DNA of 64,000 bases from an uncultured virus (IMG/VR IMGVR_UViG_3300021963_000096) (taxonomy: Duplodnaviria > Heunggongvirae > Uroviricota > Caudoviricetes). The stretch lies in IMG/VR virus record IMGVR_UViG_3300021963_000096. One strand, given 5' to 3'. The notes below the pieces were generated by a model, which was not told where the DNA came from, searched no databases, and saw only the letters and a program-made list of their open reading frames with translations. The first letter of the stretch is position 1. Each line of letters opens with the position of its first letter. This document shows, piece after piece, positions 45,184 through 54,599 of this stretch. Made by a program: the position numbers and the translations under genes.

Positions 45184-46833
45184 TTATGTAGCGGGTGGAA
45201 GAGCCTGACGAGTTTCTCGATCGGTCTTTTCTAACGTACTCTCTTGAGGGTCTACGTTTTCGTGTTTGTACCACGGCTCATGCATAGGCATGCGTTTCAT
45301 TATACTCTGTATCAGCTCAAATGATTGATATCTTGTTGAAGAATATTTTTGAGAAGCATCAACTACTTCGTTAGGATGAAGTTTTATTCTTTCTTCTTTT
45401 GTGATTCTCTCTGCTAATATCGGAGATTGAGCAGGAGTAGCAGGATCGCATTTAATTTCAATTTTGTCGGCATATTCTATGTGCTTATTACCGCTTAAAA
45501 AATGACTGTCTGTTCCTGCTGTTGAAAATATACTTGTACCCGCTGTTAGATGACTGTTGCCGGCAACTTTAATTTTTTGATCGGATCCGATAGATAACTC
45601 TAGGCTTTCTCCCACTGATTGTAATAATGATCCTTCGAAAACATTTTGTATTTCTCCGCCAACATAGTTATTGACAGTACCGCCAATGTATGACGAAAAT
45701 GCTTTTTCAATATCTTGAGTATAATTTTTTTCAGCACGGATATTAATATTACGTCCAGCTTCTAAATTAATATCTCTATCTGCTCTAAAATTAAAATCTC
45801 CTTGAGTATGAATACTCACAGAATCTGCTGCGTAGATGTCAATTTTTCCATTACTAGTTAATTCGATCCACGATGTTCCTCTTGAATTTCCTATATAAAT
45901 TAAATCTTCAGAGTTATGTAATAGTATCTGATGGCCTGTTCTAGTTCTTACTCTAAAATATTCGCTGATAGGAATTCTAGTATCACCTTTTTCTTTTTTA
46001 CTAGCATTAGCATATTCGGGAGGTCCGGACGAAGCAGGAGTTTTTCGAAAGAATCGATCGTCACCATCATCCATCACTAACTGAGTTCCTCCTACACGAC
46101 TAACCGGAAGAGGTTGAGTTTTATCTGTATCAGTTCCTTTAGTGGTTCTTTTGGCGCCGGGTCGTCTATCTAAAGGACCAGGGGTAGATATTCCGAACAC
46201 AGACGTTGGACGATTTCTACGCATAGTAGAAGTTGTCCTACCTCTAATATCGTCTTCTAAAAGTCCTTGCTCTAGCATAAATCCGGCGATGGGATGTACG
46301 GGTTTTTTAATTTCGTCTGGAGAATTCGGTGTAGTCTTTTTACCGGCTAGAACCCTATTAAATTCTGCTGTAGGCAAAGGAATATTCCCGTAATCTTCTT
46401 TTTGTGTCGGCGAAAGATCTACAGCAGCCGATGCTGCGATAGCTGGAACCATATTATTCATAAATCTGTCAGGGACACACCCTATCCAGTATCCTTGGCC
46501 GGTTTGTTCTTCGAATATAACCAGTACTGTAACTCCTACATCAGGAGGTACAAATGACATCCCGTAAGATTTTTGCGTATCGTCAAAGGCATTTTCATTT
46601 CCTGTATTAAGTCCGTTGTTAAGATAATTAGTAGATCCAAAAAATGGAGGGCAGTATCTAACAGGAAAAATCTTCGAATCGCTACCGACTTCGTCCGAAT
46701 CTGCGGTTAACAGAGTAACGAACAATGTTCCCATATAGTCATCGTCGTTGTGACCGACAACTTTAGCTAGTCGAGGCCCGAGAGAAAGCTCGCCTTGAGC
46801 CGCATCGTTGCTTAGTCTATAAGTGTTTCCCAT
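45184..46833 (-). CDS. baseplate hub/spike protein (T4 gp5/VgrG-like) without a lysozyme domain
   Basis: N-terminal OB fold (VPPDVG..VLV.F...GYWIG), RTRTGHQILL, then beta-helix repeats; no T4 lysozyme motif seen. Confidence 0.75.
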   Translation of the reverse strand: MGNTYRLSNDAAQGELSLGPRLAKVVGHNDDDYMGTLFVTLLTADSDEVGSDSKIFPVRYCPPFFGSTNYLNNGLNTGNENAFDDTQKSYGMSFVPPDVGVTVLVIFEEQTGQGYWIGCVPDRFMNNMVPAIAASAAVDLSPTQKEDYGNIPLPTAEFNRVLAGKKTTPNSPDEIKKPVHPIAGFMLEQGLLEDDIRGRTTSTMRRNRPTSVFGISTPGPLDRRPGAKRTTKGTDTDKTQPLPVSRVGGTQLVMDDGDDRFFRKTPASSGPPEYANASKKEKGDTRIPISEYFRVRTRTGHQILLHNSEDLIYIGNSRGTSWIELTSNGKIDIYAADSVSIHTQGDFNFRADRDINLEAGRNINIRAEKNYTQDIEKAFSSYIGGTVNNYVGGEIQNVFEGSLLQSVGESLELSIGSDQKIKVAGNSHLTAGTSIFSTAGTDSHFLSGNKHIEYADKIEIKCDPATPAQSPILAERITKEERIKLHPNEVVDASQKYSSTRYQSFELIQSIMKRMPMHEPWYKHENVDPQESTLEKTDRETRQALPPAT

Positions 46834-46834
46834 C

Positions 46835-48877
46835 TTATTCTGTTAATCCTTTATTTTGTTGTGTGTTAAAACTGGCTTTAGGAGGAAACGTATTCACTGT
46901 AGTTTCATTTGCCGATGGAGCAGACCCGTCGCCGGCTATTGATAAGAATGGATCTCTTATAGCATTTTGTATTTCTTCTACTTGTTGTCCTCGATCTCTA
47001 AAGAGGTTAAGCTCTTGAGTAAAGACCCCATCTGAAAATTTGCTCTTAACAAATCTTATTTTATATAATCCGCTGTATGGGCTGTCAGTATATCCTGCCG
47101 AGGGAAATATATAAAGACTTGAGCCGTAAGCAGGAGCATCAATAGGACTCTTAAATCTCAAATATATCCTTACTTCGCCGTCTTCAGTGGCCATAGTTTT
47201 ATCATTATTAACCTGCGAACCGTCGGAAGCTGGTCCGACCCTATCAATGAAAACTCCAGATTTAGTCAAGTAATACGGATCCCCTAATATCGTCAGGTCT
47301 AACATTATCATGTCAGTTTCCACTAACAGAGATTCTTCAAACGCACGAGCAATTCGAATATCTACGTTATCGACTGTAGATCCTCCGAGCGGTTTTCGAT
47401 AAGAGGCTTTAGAATCCTGGAGAACTTTTCCGGCTGGAGTTATCGACGTTAGTCCGGCTGTGTTTGTTCCGGCTTCATTTCCGCGCCCCTTTGTCTCAGA
47501 TACTGCCTTACCGTTAGCATTTATATCCCCCGGTTGATTTCCAAACGGCGATGACGGAATAGCTGTATAAAATGTATTATCAAATTTTAATTCCCATCTA
47601 ATAATGTCGTCGTTAAGACCAGTATAGATGTAGTCATATTTCTTTTTAATAGACGCAGGAATTTGTTCGGGGGCGAAACCATAAGAATATTGAGACGGCA
47701 ATTTAAACACCGAATGGTGAACTCTATAGATTTTTACTGCGTAAGTAATTTTGTATGCAGGTCTGTTTTGTATCTTATCTAATTTAAATTTATTTCCAAG
47801 ATAACTTAATTTTGCCGACGGACGATACCATTTTATATATCCGGTGTTCTTGTCTACATTAGATGGTATTAGATTTTTAGTACAATATTCCGACGATTTC
47901 ATTATCTCTGAAATCATATCAATTATCCTGCGACCGTTTTCTGCCTTGGGCCAATTAAAAGTTCTTTCGCCTGCTACTTTAGAACCTCTGCCAGATTCAC
48001 TACCGTTTTTCGTAGAATTAGAATTATTTCCCGGAGCACTTGGTTGATCGTCGGCAGCGACAAATTGTGAATCGGCGATTTCTGGATCGAGAACAAAATC
48101 ATATTCGTCGGCTAATTCAATCATCTTAGAATTTTTTTGTGTGTTTTGATCGTTGTTTAAAACGGTTTTTAAACTTTCTATAGCTTCTTTGACCGTTTTT
48201 CCTTTGACCGACGCTGTTCCGAAAAAAGTGCCGTAGACGTTGTTAAACGCATCTAGATTAAAATCTAGACATCTAACAGTATACTTACTGCCTCCTTCGT
48301 TACTGGTGAATGCTACTCCAGTGATTTTCAAAGGATAATCTCGTACAGATCCAGGAATTACTTCTTGTGTGTTTGTGGACGGATTAGTTCCGACAAACTC
48401 TACTCTTAATAAGAATGGACATTCTATATAACTGTTATATCCAGATCGGACCGCAGAATTTTGAAGACTCTGTAAGAATAATCCTATGCTGTACGGTTCT
48501 ACTATTTCAAAATTTATAGTTAAATTTCCCGACAATCCAGATTTTCTTGTAGGTGTAGCAAAGGTGTTTATTTCTACGTTGTTTATAAAATACTCAGGAG
48601 AACCAAAAAAAGTACTTACTCGTAGATTATCATATCGACCAGCAGATGAAAAAACTACATTTTTAATCAATGAAGAAAGAGATCCATCAGATTGTACCTG
48701 GTCTAGTTCAGTAGGAGTTAATGGTAATAAAGTAAAAAGATATGTAACATTAGTATAGGATTTTAAGATATTCGGCTCAACGTTTTTAAAAGCAGCTGCA
48801 TTATTAGCTGCCGTTAATTGTTTGTTAAGATCGATAGTTGCCCTATCCTTTGAAATACCCCCAACAGTCGCAGCCAT
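46835..48877 (-). CDS. baseplate hub protein (gp27-like position)
   Basis: Between gp53 and gp5; LTILGDPYY and YSGLYKI..V...FS.G.FTQ.L C-terminal hub-type pattern. Confidence 0.6.
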   Translation of the reverse strand: MAATVGGISKDRATIDLNKQLTAANNAAAFKNVEPNILKSYTNVTYLFTLLPLTPTELDQVQSDGSLSSLIKNVVFSSAGRYDNLRVSTFFGSPEYFINNVEINTFATPTRKSGLSGNLTINFEIVEPYSIGLFLQSLQNSAVRSGYNSYIECPFLLRVEFVGTNPSTNTQEVIPGSVRDYPLKITGVAFTSNEGGSKYTVRCLDFNLDAFNNVYGTFFGTASVKGKTVKEAIESLKTVLNNDQNTQKNSKMIELADEYDFVLDPEIADSQFVAADDQPSAPGNNSNSTKNGSESGRGSKVAGERTFNWPKAENGRRIIDMISEIMKSSEYCTKNLIPSNVDKNTGYIKWYRPSAKLSYLGNKFKLDKIQNRPAYKITYAVKIYRVHHSVFKLPSQYSYGFAPEQIPASIKKKYDYIYTGLNDDIIRWELKFDNTFYTAIPSSPFGNQPGDINANGKAVSETKGRGNEAGTNTAGLTSITPAGKVLQDSKASYRKPLGGSTVDNVDIRIARAFEESLLVETDMIMLDLTILGDPYYLTKSGVFIDRVGPASDGSQVNNDKTMATEDGEVRIYLRFKSPIDAPAYGSSLYIFPSAGYTDSPYSGLYKIRFVKSKFSDGVFTQELNLFRDRGQQVEEIQNAIRDPFLSIAGDGSAPSANETTVNTFPPKASFNTQQNKGLTE

Positions 48878-48878
48878 A

Positions 48879-49181
48879 TTAAACTCCTAGTGATTCCATC
48901 AACAAATTTTTTTGTGGAATTTTAATAACTAATCCGGGCTCAAAATCGTAAATGGGATCTTTGATTATATCCATATTTCGTTGAGCGAACACCCACCATA
49001 GTTTCGGCGTGCCGTAAAGATCAAACGACAGAAGATCGGGTCTATGCTTATATCTAGTTTCGATGATATAGTTTATATCGGTTGCGTCAGCAGGTACTGG
49101 TCTAATTTCTAATAATTCTAAGTATAGATTATTTTGACGTGTTCGATACCAAGGGGATGTATTTTTATAAGTTGCCATCAT
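48879..49181 (-). CDS. baseplate wedge protein (T4 gp53-like, LysM-type)
   Basis: RPDLLSFDLYGTPKLWWVF...N...DP...G..I.IP. Confidence 0.85.
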   Translation of the reverse strand: MMATYKNTSPWYRTRQNNLYLELLEIRPVPADATDINYIIETRYKHRPDLLSFDLYGTPKLWWVFAQRNMDIIKDPIYDFEPGLVIKIPQKNLLMESLGV

Positions 49182-50197
49182 TAAAATCCTAATAGGTTTC
49201 CTTTAGCATAGTCTTCTAGATTGAAGCGTTTTCTTGCTTCTTCTCGATTGTAGATAGGACTTACAATTACTGTTATCGTGCTTGACATCGGCACACTCTG
49301 AGGATTTCCTCGTTGACTTAGACCGTCAACAGTCAAGTACTGAACATTATCTTTAAAATCTATTTGAAACGATTTAACAACAACAGGAAGATTTGAAAAT
49401 ACTTCATCACCAAACCCGCCTAAATAGCAAACCGGTGGCGGAAATCCTTTAGGTGTTGATGCTCCATAAAACATTTTTGTCGATGTCTTTAAAAAATGCA
49501 TCGTTGCCAACCAAAATTGGCCTTCGTCATGATTTTGTACAGTGAACTCTCCCTGTATAGTTATGTCTTCAACTTGGCTCGATTTGTAAGATTGAAAGGG
49601 AAAGTTAGAATGTACTATTCCTTCTGTGTTTGTATAAGTGGCCTTGTGGGTCATCGATATCGTTGGAGTATACGGAAATACTACACCCCCGGCCTTTTTT
49701 AATAAATTAAAATATGGATTAGTGTTTCCGAATATCGAAAAATCGGTCCAAATTTTGATCCGACGATCTCCTTGGCTAATAAATGTACCTTCGGTTGTCT
49801 TACCTAACGCTGTTTCACTAGTTTGTCCGCCATCAAAAAATGTTATGACGCTGTCGGCGCTGGTTGCGAATTTGCCTTTTAACGCATTTGTATCGAATCG
49901 ATAATTTTTAACTGTAGAATACAATCCTTTGCCGGCGGCGATTAAAGCTTCGGCTGTTCCTAATATGCCCAGTGCCTTATCTAGTCCGCTGAAATCTGGA
50001 ATTCGGAGGCCTTTGGGGGCCTTAGGGGTGCCCGCACTCCCACCAGGAGCGCCGGAATATGCACTAACAGCTAAATCGGCGCCGTTGGCTGGCCTATCGC
50101 TAGGTCCTGTGTTTACGCCGGACGATTTCTCAGGGACTGATTTTACTACAACTGCTACACCCCCGATAGTAGTTTGCGTGTTTAATGGTAATGGCAT
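49181..50197 (-). CDS. tail tube initiator / baseplate cap (gp48/gp54-like)
   Basis: FPYTPTI...A.Y...HSN, I.I.GEFT, PPP...L.GFG......PVVV.SF tube-fold pattern. Confidence 0.65.
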   Translation of the reverse strand: MPLPLNTQTTIGGVAVVVKSVPEKSSGVNTGPSDRPANGADLAVSAYSGAPGGSAGTPKAPKGLRIPDFSGLDKALGILGTAEALIAAGKGLYSTVKNYRFDTNALKGKFATSADSVITFFDGGQTSETALGKTTEGTFISQGDRRIKIWTDFSIFGNTNPYFNLLKKAGGVVFPYTPTISMTHKATYTNTEGIVHSNFPFQSYKSSQVEDITIQGEFTVQNHDEGQFWLATMHFLKTSTKMFYGASTPKGFPPPVCYLGGFGDEVFSNLPVVVKSFQIDFKDNVQYLTVDGLSQRGNPQSVPMSSTITVIVSPIYNREEARKRFNLEDYAKGNLLGF

Positions 50198-50216
50198 ATT
50201 TTGGCTCCCTTTAGAC

Positions 50217-50223
50217 TATTTAT
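50217..50223 (-). promoter_or_regulatory. T4-like late promoter heading the baseplate operon
   Basis: ATAAATA on the minus strand, then GGGAG RBS and ATG 50197. Confidence 0.6.
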
Positions 50224-50236
50224 TTTCTTAAAAATG

Positions 50237-50245
50237 TGCTATTAT
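50237..50245 (+). promoter_or_regulatory. possible extended -10 promoter for gp55
   Basis: TGcTATTAT (TGn + -10) upstream of GAGGA RBS and ATG 50269. Confidence 0.45.
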
Positions 50246-50268
50246 TATATTTCTAGAGGAACGATTAA

Positions 50269-51120
50269 ATGACGATAACGCAACCACCAAAAGTCAAATA
50301 CTTGACAAACAAGGATTTGTTAGCAGAGATACACAGAAGTAAAAATACATTTTGTTCATACACTTCACCAGAATACGCAGACTATGATCTAATATTACCA
50401 AATTTAGCCAAACTCAATATACGAACCATCGCAGAAGCTAAACGCAACAGAGCCGCTAAAGAAAGCAAAAAAGCACACGAAATAGCACAACAAACCAATA
50501 AAAAGGCTTCGGCCAAAGATTCTGAAATAGATTATAAAAAAATCAATAAGCAAGATCTCGTATTTCGTATAATGACCTTTGATCATGTGCCGCTGGCACC
50601 GGGTCGTAAAAAGACTGTGAAGTCAAGGGCTGACAGCCACGAAAAAGTTAATTTTCCACCTTTCCAACATTGGAAATATGATGCCAACGATAATTTAATC
50701 TGTGTCGGTAAAAGTCATTGGAAAGGCGATATCGACAACGGAGTGTTCAGCAAAGATCACGGCCAGATGACTAATGACCTTGCTCGTATGTTTATCAAGC
50801 TCTGTGAAAGGTATGCCACCCGAGGCAACGTCCGTGGTTATACCTACAACGACGAGATGAAAGGTCAAGCCATCCTTCAACTAACCCAAATAGGACTACA
50901 ATTCGATGAAAGTAAATCTAATAATCCTTTTGCTTACTATACTGCTGCTGTCACTAATTCATTCGTTAGAATTATCAACATTGAGAAACGTAATCAAAAC
51001 ATTCGAGACGACATTCTCGAAATGAACGGGATGAATCCAAGTTGGACTAGGCAGAACAGCGGTGGCGGTAGCGGAGTAGCACCGGGTCCTGTTATCACTG
51101 ATAGCAGTGATTGGGATTGA
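50269..51120 (+). CDS. late-transcription sigma factor (T4 gp55-like)
   Basis: YLTNKDLL.EI N-terminus; GYTYNDEM, FDESKS.NPFAYYT....NSF.R.I..EK; adjacent to gp47/gp46 as in T4-like phages. Confidence 0.85.
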   Translation: MTITQPPKVKYLTNKDLLAEIHRSKNTFCSYTSPEYADYDLILPNLAKLNIRTIAEAKRNRAAKESKKAHEIAQQTNKKASAKDSEIDYKKINKQDLVFRIMTFDHVPLAPGRKKTVKSRADSHEKVNFPPFQHWKYDANDNLICVGKSHWKGDIDNGVFSKDHGQMTNDLARMFIKLCERYATRGNVRGYTYNDEMKGQAILQLTQIGLQFDESKSNNPFAYYTAAVTNSFVRIINIEKRNQNIRDDILEMNGMNPSWTRQNSGGGSGVAPGPVITDSSDWD

Positions 51121-51145
51121 TCTTTTATATTAAAAACAGTATAAT
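51117..51145 (+). promoter_or_regulatory. sigma70-type promoter
   Basis: TTGATC (51117-51122), 17 nt, TATAAT (51140-51145). Confidence 0.65.
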
Positions 51146-51151
51146 ACACAT

Positions 51152-52162
51152 ATGAGTCTATTCAAAAAAGCAGCTTGTTTTACAGACATACATTTTGGAT
51201 TAAAATCTGGTAGTCGCACACATAACACAGACTGTGAAGAATTTGTTAAATGGTTCTGCAAGACTGCCCGCGATGAAGGTTGCGAAACTGCGATCTTCCT
51301 AGGCGACTGGCATCACAATCGTGCGACCACAGATGTCAGCACAATGAATTACACAGTTTCAAACCTAGAGCGACTGAGCCAGAACTTTAAACAGGTATAC
51401 TTCATTCTCGGAAACCACGACCTATTCTACAAAGATAAACGAGAAATCAACTCTGTAGAATTCATGCGACTGTTTCCTAATGTGATTCCTATTAAAGAAC
51501 CTTTTACCGACGGTGATGTAACTATATTACCCTGGCTAGTAGGCGACGAGTGGCGAGAAGTATCTAAGATCAAAAGCAGATATGTGTTTGGCCACTTAGA
51601 ACTGCCTAACTTTTTTATGAACGCTATGGTACAGATGCCCGATCACGGACAGTTACAAAGTACGCATTTTGTAAATCAAGAGTATGTATTCAGCGGGCAT
51701 TTCCATAAACGACAGAATAATCGCAATATCACTTACATAGGCAATGCGTTTCCTCACAACTATGCGGATGCTGGCGATGACGAACGAGGCATGATGATTC
51801 TAGAATGGGGTAGCAAACCGGAATATCGCACTTGGCCTGGGCAACCCCTATATCGTGTTTACAAGCTCAGTCAAATCATTGATACTCCGGATGCTCTTCT
51901 TAAAGAAAAGATGCACTGTCGAGTTACCATAGACTTGCCTATTACTTTTGAAGAAGCTAATTTTATCAAAGAACAGTTTATACCGCAGTATAATCTTAGA
52001 GAATTGATGCTGATTCCCGAAAAGGTAGAAGTCGAAAGCAACTCTGTACCCGTTGATATTAACTTTGAATCAGTTGATACTATCGTTATGAATCAGATCG
52101 ATGCTATCGAAAGCGACTCCTACGACAAAAAACTATTATTGGACATCTATAGAGATTTATGA
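51152..52162 (+). CDS. recombination endonuclease subunit (T4 gp47 / Mre11-SbcD-like)
   Basis: TDIHFG, LGDWHH, LGNHD, FGHLE, SGHFH metallophosphoesterase motifs. Confidence 0.92.
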   Translation: MSLFKKAACFTDIHFGLKSGSRTHNTDCEEFVKWFCKTARDEGCETAIFLGDWHHNRATTDVSTMNYTVSNLERLSQNFKQVYFILGNHDLFYKDKREINSVEFMRLFPNVIPIKEPFTDGDVTILPWLVGDEWREVSKIKSRYVFGHLELPNFFMNAMVQMPDHGQLQSTHFVNQEYVFSGHFHKRQNNRNITYIGNAFPHNYADAGDDERGMMILEWGSKPEYRTWPGQPLYRVYKLSQIIDTPDALLKEKMHCRVTIDLPITFEEANFIKEQFIPQYNLRELMLIPEKVEVESNSVPVDINFESVDTIVMNQIDAIESDSYDKKLLLDIYRDL

Positions 52163-53937
52163 TCAAAATAAAAAACCTCACTGTAAAGAATTTTATGAGC
52201 GTGGGCAATCAAACCCAGGCTATAGACTTTGACCGAGGACAGCTGACTCTGGTACTCGGTGAAAATCTAGACCTAGGTGGTGATGATAGCGGTGCTAGAA
52301 ACGGCACAGGTAAAACAACCATTATCAACGGTTTAAGTTATGCTATCTATGGGCAGGCCTTGACTAATATCAAGCGGGATAATTTAATTAATAAGATCAA
52401 CAGCAAGGCCATGTTAGTTACTGTAACCTTCGAAAAGGACGGTATAGAATATCATATTGAAAGAGGTCGCAAGCCTAATCTATTGAAATTCGCTATTAAT
52501 GGCCAGGAACAAGAACTAGAGGACTTAGATGAAAGTCAAGGCGACAGTAGAGAAACACAAAAGGCCATCGAAGAAATGTTTGGTATGAGCCACGAGATGT
52601 TCAAGCACCTCGTGGCATTAAACACCTATACAGAACCGTTCCTGGCTATGAAGGCTGCTGATCAAAGATCTATCATCGAACAACTGTTAGGTATTACCTT
52701 GCTCAGTGAAAAAGCGGAAAATCTCAAAGAGCAGACTAAACTTACCAAAGAATCTATAGCCACAGAAAACACACGCATCGAAACTATCAAGATCTCTAAT
52801 GAAAAAATACAACAGAGCATCGAAAGTCTAGAAAGAAAACAAAAATTATGGGAAGATCAAAAAGAGCGAGCATTAGAAGACCTTAGGAAAAGCATTGATG
52901 TGCTTGGCACTATCGACATTGATCAGGAAATTGTTAATCAACGTGCTCTAATCGAATGGAATAAGAACAAGAAAGAACACGATAATCTAACTGCGATGAT
53001 CGCTAAACAGGTTACTACATTAGAAAAAGAACAAAAAAACCTAGAAAAATTAGAAAAAGAATTATTATTGTTGGCAGATCACAAATGCCATAGCTGCGGT
53101 CAGGATCTACACGACGAAAAACATGAATCAATGGTTGCTGTCAAAAGCAAACAAGTAGATGATAGCAGTATAGCTGTCAATGACCATCAGAACGAACTAA
53201 ACACTCTACGTGAAGCACTAGAATTATTAGGTGAGTTGAACGCCTGTCCCAAGGTCACTTATGATAATCTAGAAGAAGCGTTGAATCACAAGAACACATT
53301 GTCTAGTCTAGAAAAAGATATCACGATCAAGGAAGCAGAAACTAATCCCTATGCTGAGCAGATCGAAGAGTTGAAAAACACAGCCGTACAGGAAATTGAC
53401 TGGGATGCTGTTAACGATCTAACTAGACTGAAAGATCATCAGGAATTCTTATACAAACTATTAACTAACAAAGATAGTTTTGTACGCAAACGCATCATCG
53501 ATCAGAATCTAGCATTCTTGAATCAACGGTTGACCTATTATCTCGATAAGATTGGCTTACCGCACATCGTTGAGTTCCAAAACGACCTTAGTGTTATCAT
53601 CACTCAGCTAGGTCAGGATCTAGATTTCGATAATTTAAGCAGAGGTGAACGTAATAGATTGATTCTAAGCCTAAGTTGGGCATTCCGAGATGTATGGGAA
53701 AACTTGTATCAACCTATTAATCTACTGTTTATCGACGAGCTTGTGGATTCGGGCATGGATGCCAGCGGCGTTGAAAGCTCTATCGCTGTGTTGAAAAAGA
53801 TGACCCGAGAACGCAACAAGAACGTATTCCTTATTTCGCATAGAGATGATCTAACTAGCAGGGTAAATCATGTGTTGAAAGTCATTAAAGAAAACGGGTT
53901 TACCAGCTATAGCAACGATGTCGAGATTATAGAATGA
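52159..53937 (+). CDS. recombination ATPase subunit (T4 gp46 / Rad50-SbcC-like)
   Basis: Walker A NGTGKTT, coiled coil with CHSC zinc hook, LSRGE signature, LLFIDE Walker B, ISH. Confidence 0.92.
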   Translation: MIKIKNLTVKNFMSVGNQTQAIDFDRGQLTLVLGENLDLGGDDSGARNGTGKTTIINGLSYAIYGQALTNIKRDNLINKINSKAMLVTVTFEKDGIEYHIERGRKPNLLKFAINGQEQELEDLDESQGDSRETQKAIEEMFGMSHEMFKHLVALNTYTEPFLAMKAADQRSIIEQLLGITLLSEKAENLKEQTKLTKESIATENTRIETIKISNEKIQQSIESLERKQKLWEDQKERALEDLRKSIDVLGTIDIDQEIVNQRALIEWNKNKKEHDNLTAMIAKQVTTLEKEQKNLEKLEKELLLLADHKCHSCGQDLHDEKHESMVAVKSKQVDDSSIAVNDHQNELNTLREALELLGELNACPKVTYDNLEEALNHKNTLSSLEKDITIKEAETNPYAEQIEELKNTAVQEIDWDAVNDLTRLKDHQEFLYKLLTNKDSFVRKRIIDQNLAFLNQRLTYYLDKIGLPHIVEFQNDLSVIITQLGQDLDFDNLSRGERNRLILSLSWAFRDVWENLYQPINLLFIDELVDSGMDASGVESSIAVLKKMTRERNKNVFLISHRDDLTSRVNHVLKVIKENGFTSYSNDVEIIE

Positions 53938-54164
53938 GTACAGATGCCCACGATCGTATGATCCACGCTTTTCAAGAGTATTTTAAATGGCAGGACCGTT
54001 TTGAATACAAAGGATCTGACGAAGCGGGCATCAAAGCCAGATACTGGCTGTCAGAAATACGCAACGAGGCAAGCATTAGGCGAGTAGAAATACAAGACAA
54101 AAGGCACGAACGTAAAAAATCCAGAAAAGGCATGCTAGGTCGTCCACCAAAACTAACTAAGTGA
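53934..54164 (+). CDS. small basic protein, loosely Hc1 (histone H1-like) family
   Basis: F..KG...AG..AR..L.E........R..I pattern with a Lys/Arg-rich tail; family call is tentative. Confidence 0.5.
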   Translation: MSTDAHDRMIHAFQEYFKWQDRFEYKGSDEAGIKARYWLSEIRNEASIRRVEIQDKRHERKKSRKGMLGRPPKLTK

Positions 54165-54599
54165 GTGCTGTGGACATATCAAAATCAACCCGTAGAAGAA
54201 ATACCCGAAGGCTACATAGGCTTTGTTTATCTCATCACCAATCTACAGACCGGACAGAAGTACATAGGCAAAAAACTAGCTCAATTCAAACGTACTAAAC
54301 CACCACTCAAAGGCAAAAAACTTAAAAGAAGATCAACAGTAGAAAGCGATTGGCGCGAATACTGGGGTTCATCTGATAGGTTAAACGCAGACGTCCAAGC
54401 ATTAGGTCCGGAAAACTTCACTAGAGAAATACTTTATCTTTGTAAATCCAAGGCAGAAATGTCATATCTAGAGGCTAGAGAGCAGTTTGAACGCAGGGTT
54501 TTAGAAACAGATGACTATTATAATGGCATTATAAACGTCAGAGTTGGCGGTTCAAACATACTTAGACAGCGTCTAGAAGAACATAAAAAGGCAAAATAA
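54165..54599 (+). CDS. minimal GIY-YIG (Seg-like) endonuclease
   Basis: GFVYLITN...KYIGKK, YWGSS, FTREIL, catalytic-type Glu in YLEAREQ, YYN; GTG start. Confidence 0.8.
   Translation: MLWTYQNQPVEEIPEGYIGFVYLITNLQTGQKYIGKKLAQFKRTKPPLKGKKLKRRSTVESDWREYWGSSDRLNADVQALGPENFTREILYLCKSKAEMSYLEAREQFERRVLETDDYYNGIINVRVGGSNILRQRLEEHKKAK

Noticed and set aside
15044..50231. Many 60-125 aa + strand ORFs opposite the structural genes, plus similar shadow ORFs elsewhere (e.g. 236..730, 57355..57642, 60072..60491, 63262..63444)
   Set aside because: They are antisense or alternate-frame shadows of long, well-supported genes and lack RBS or motifs.
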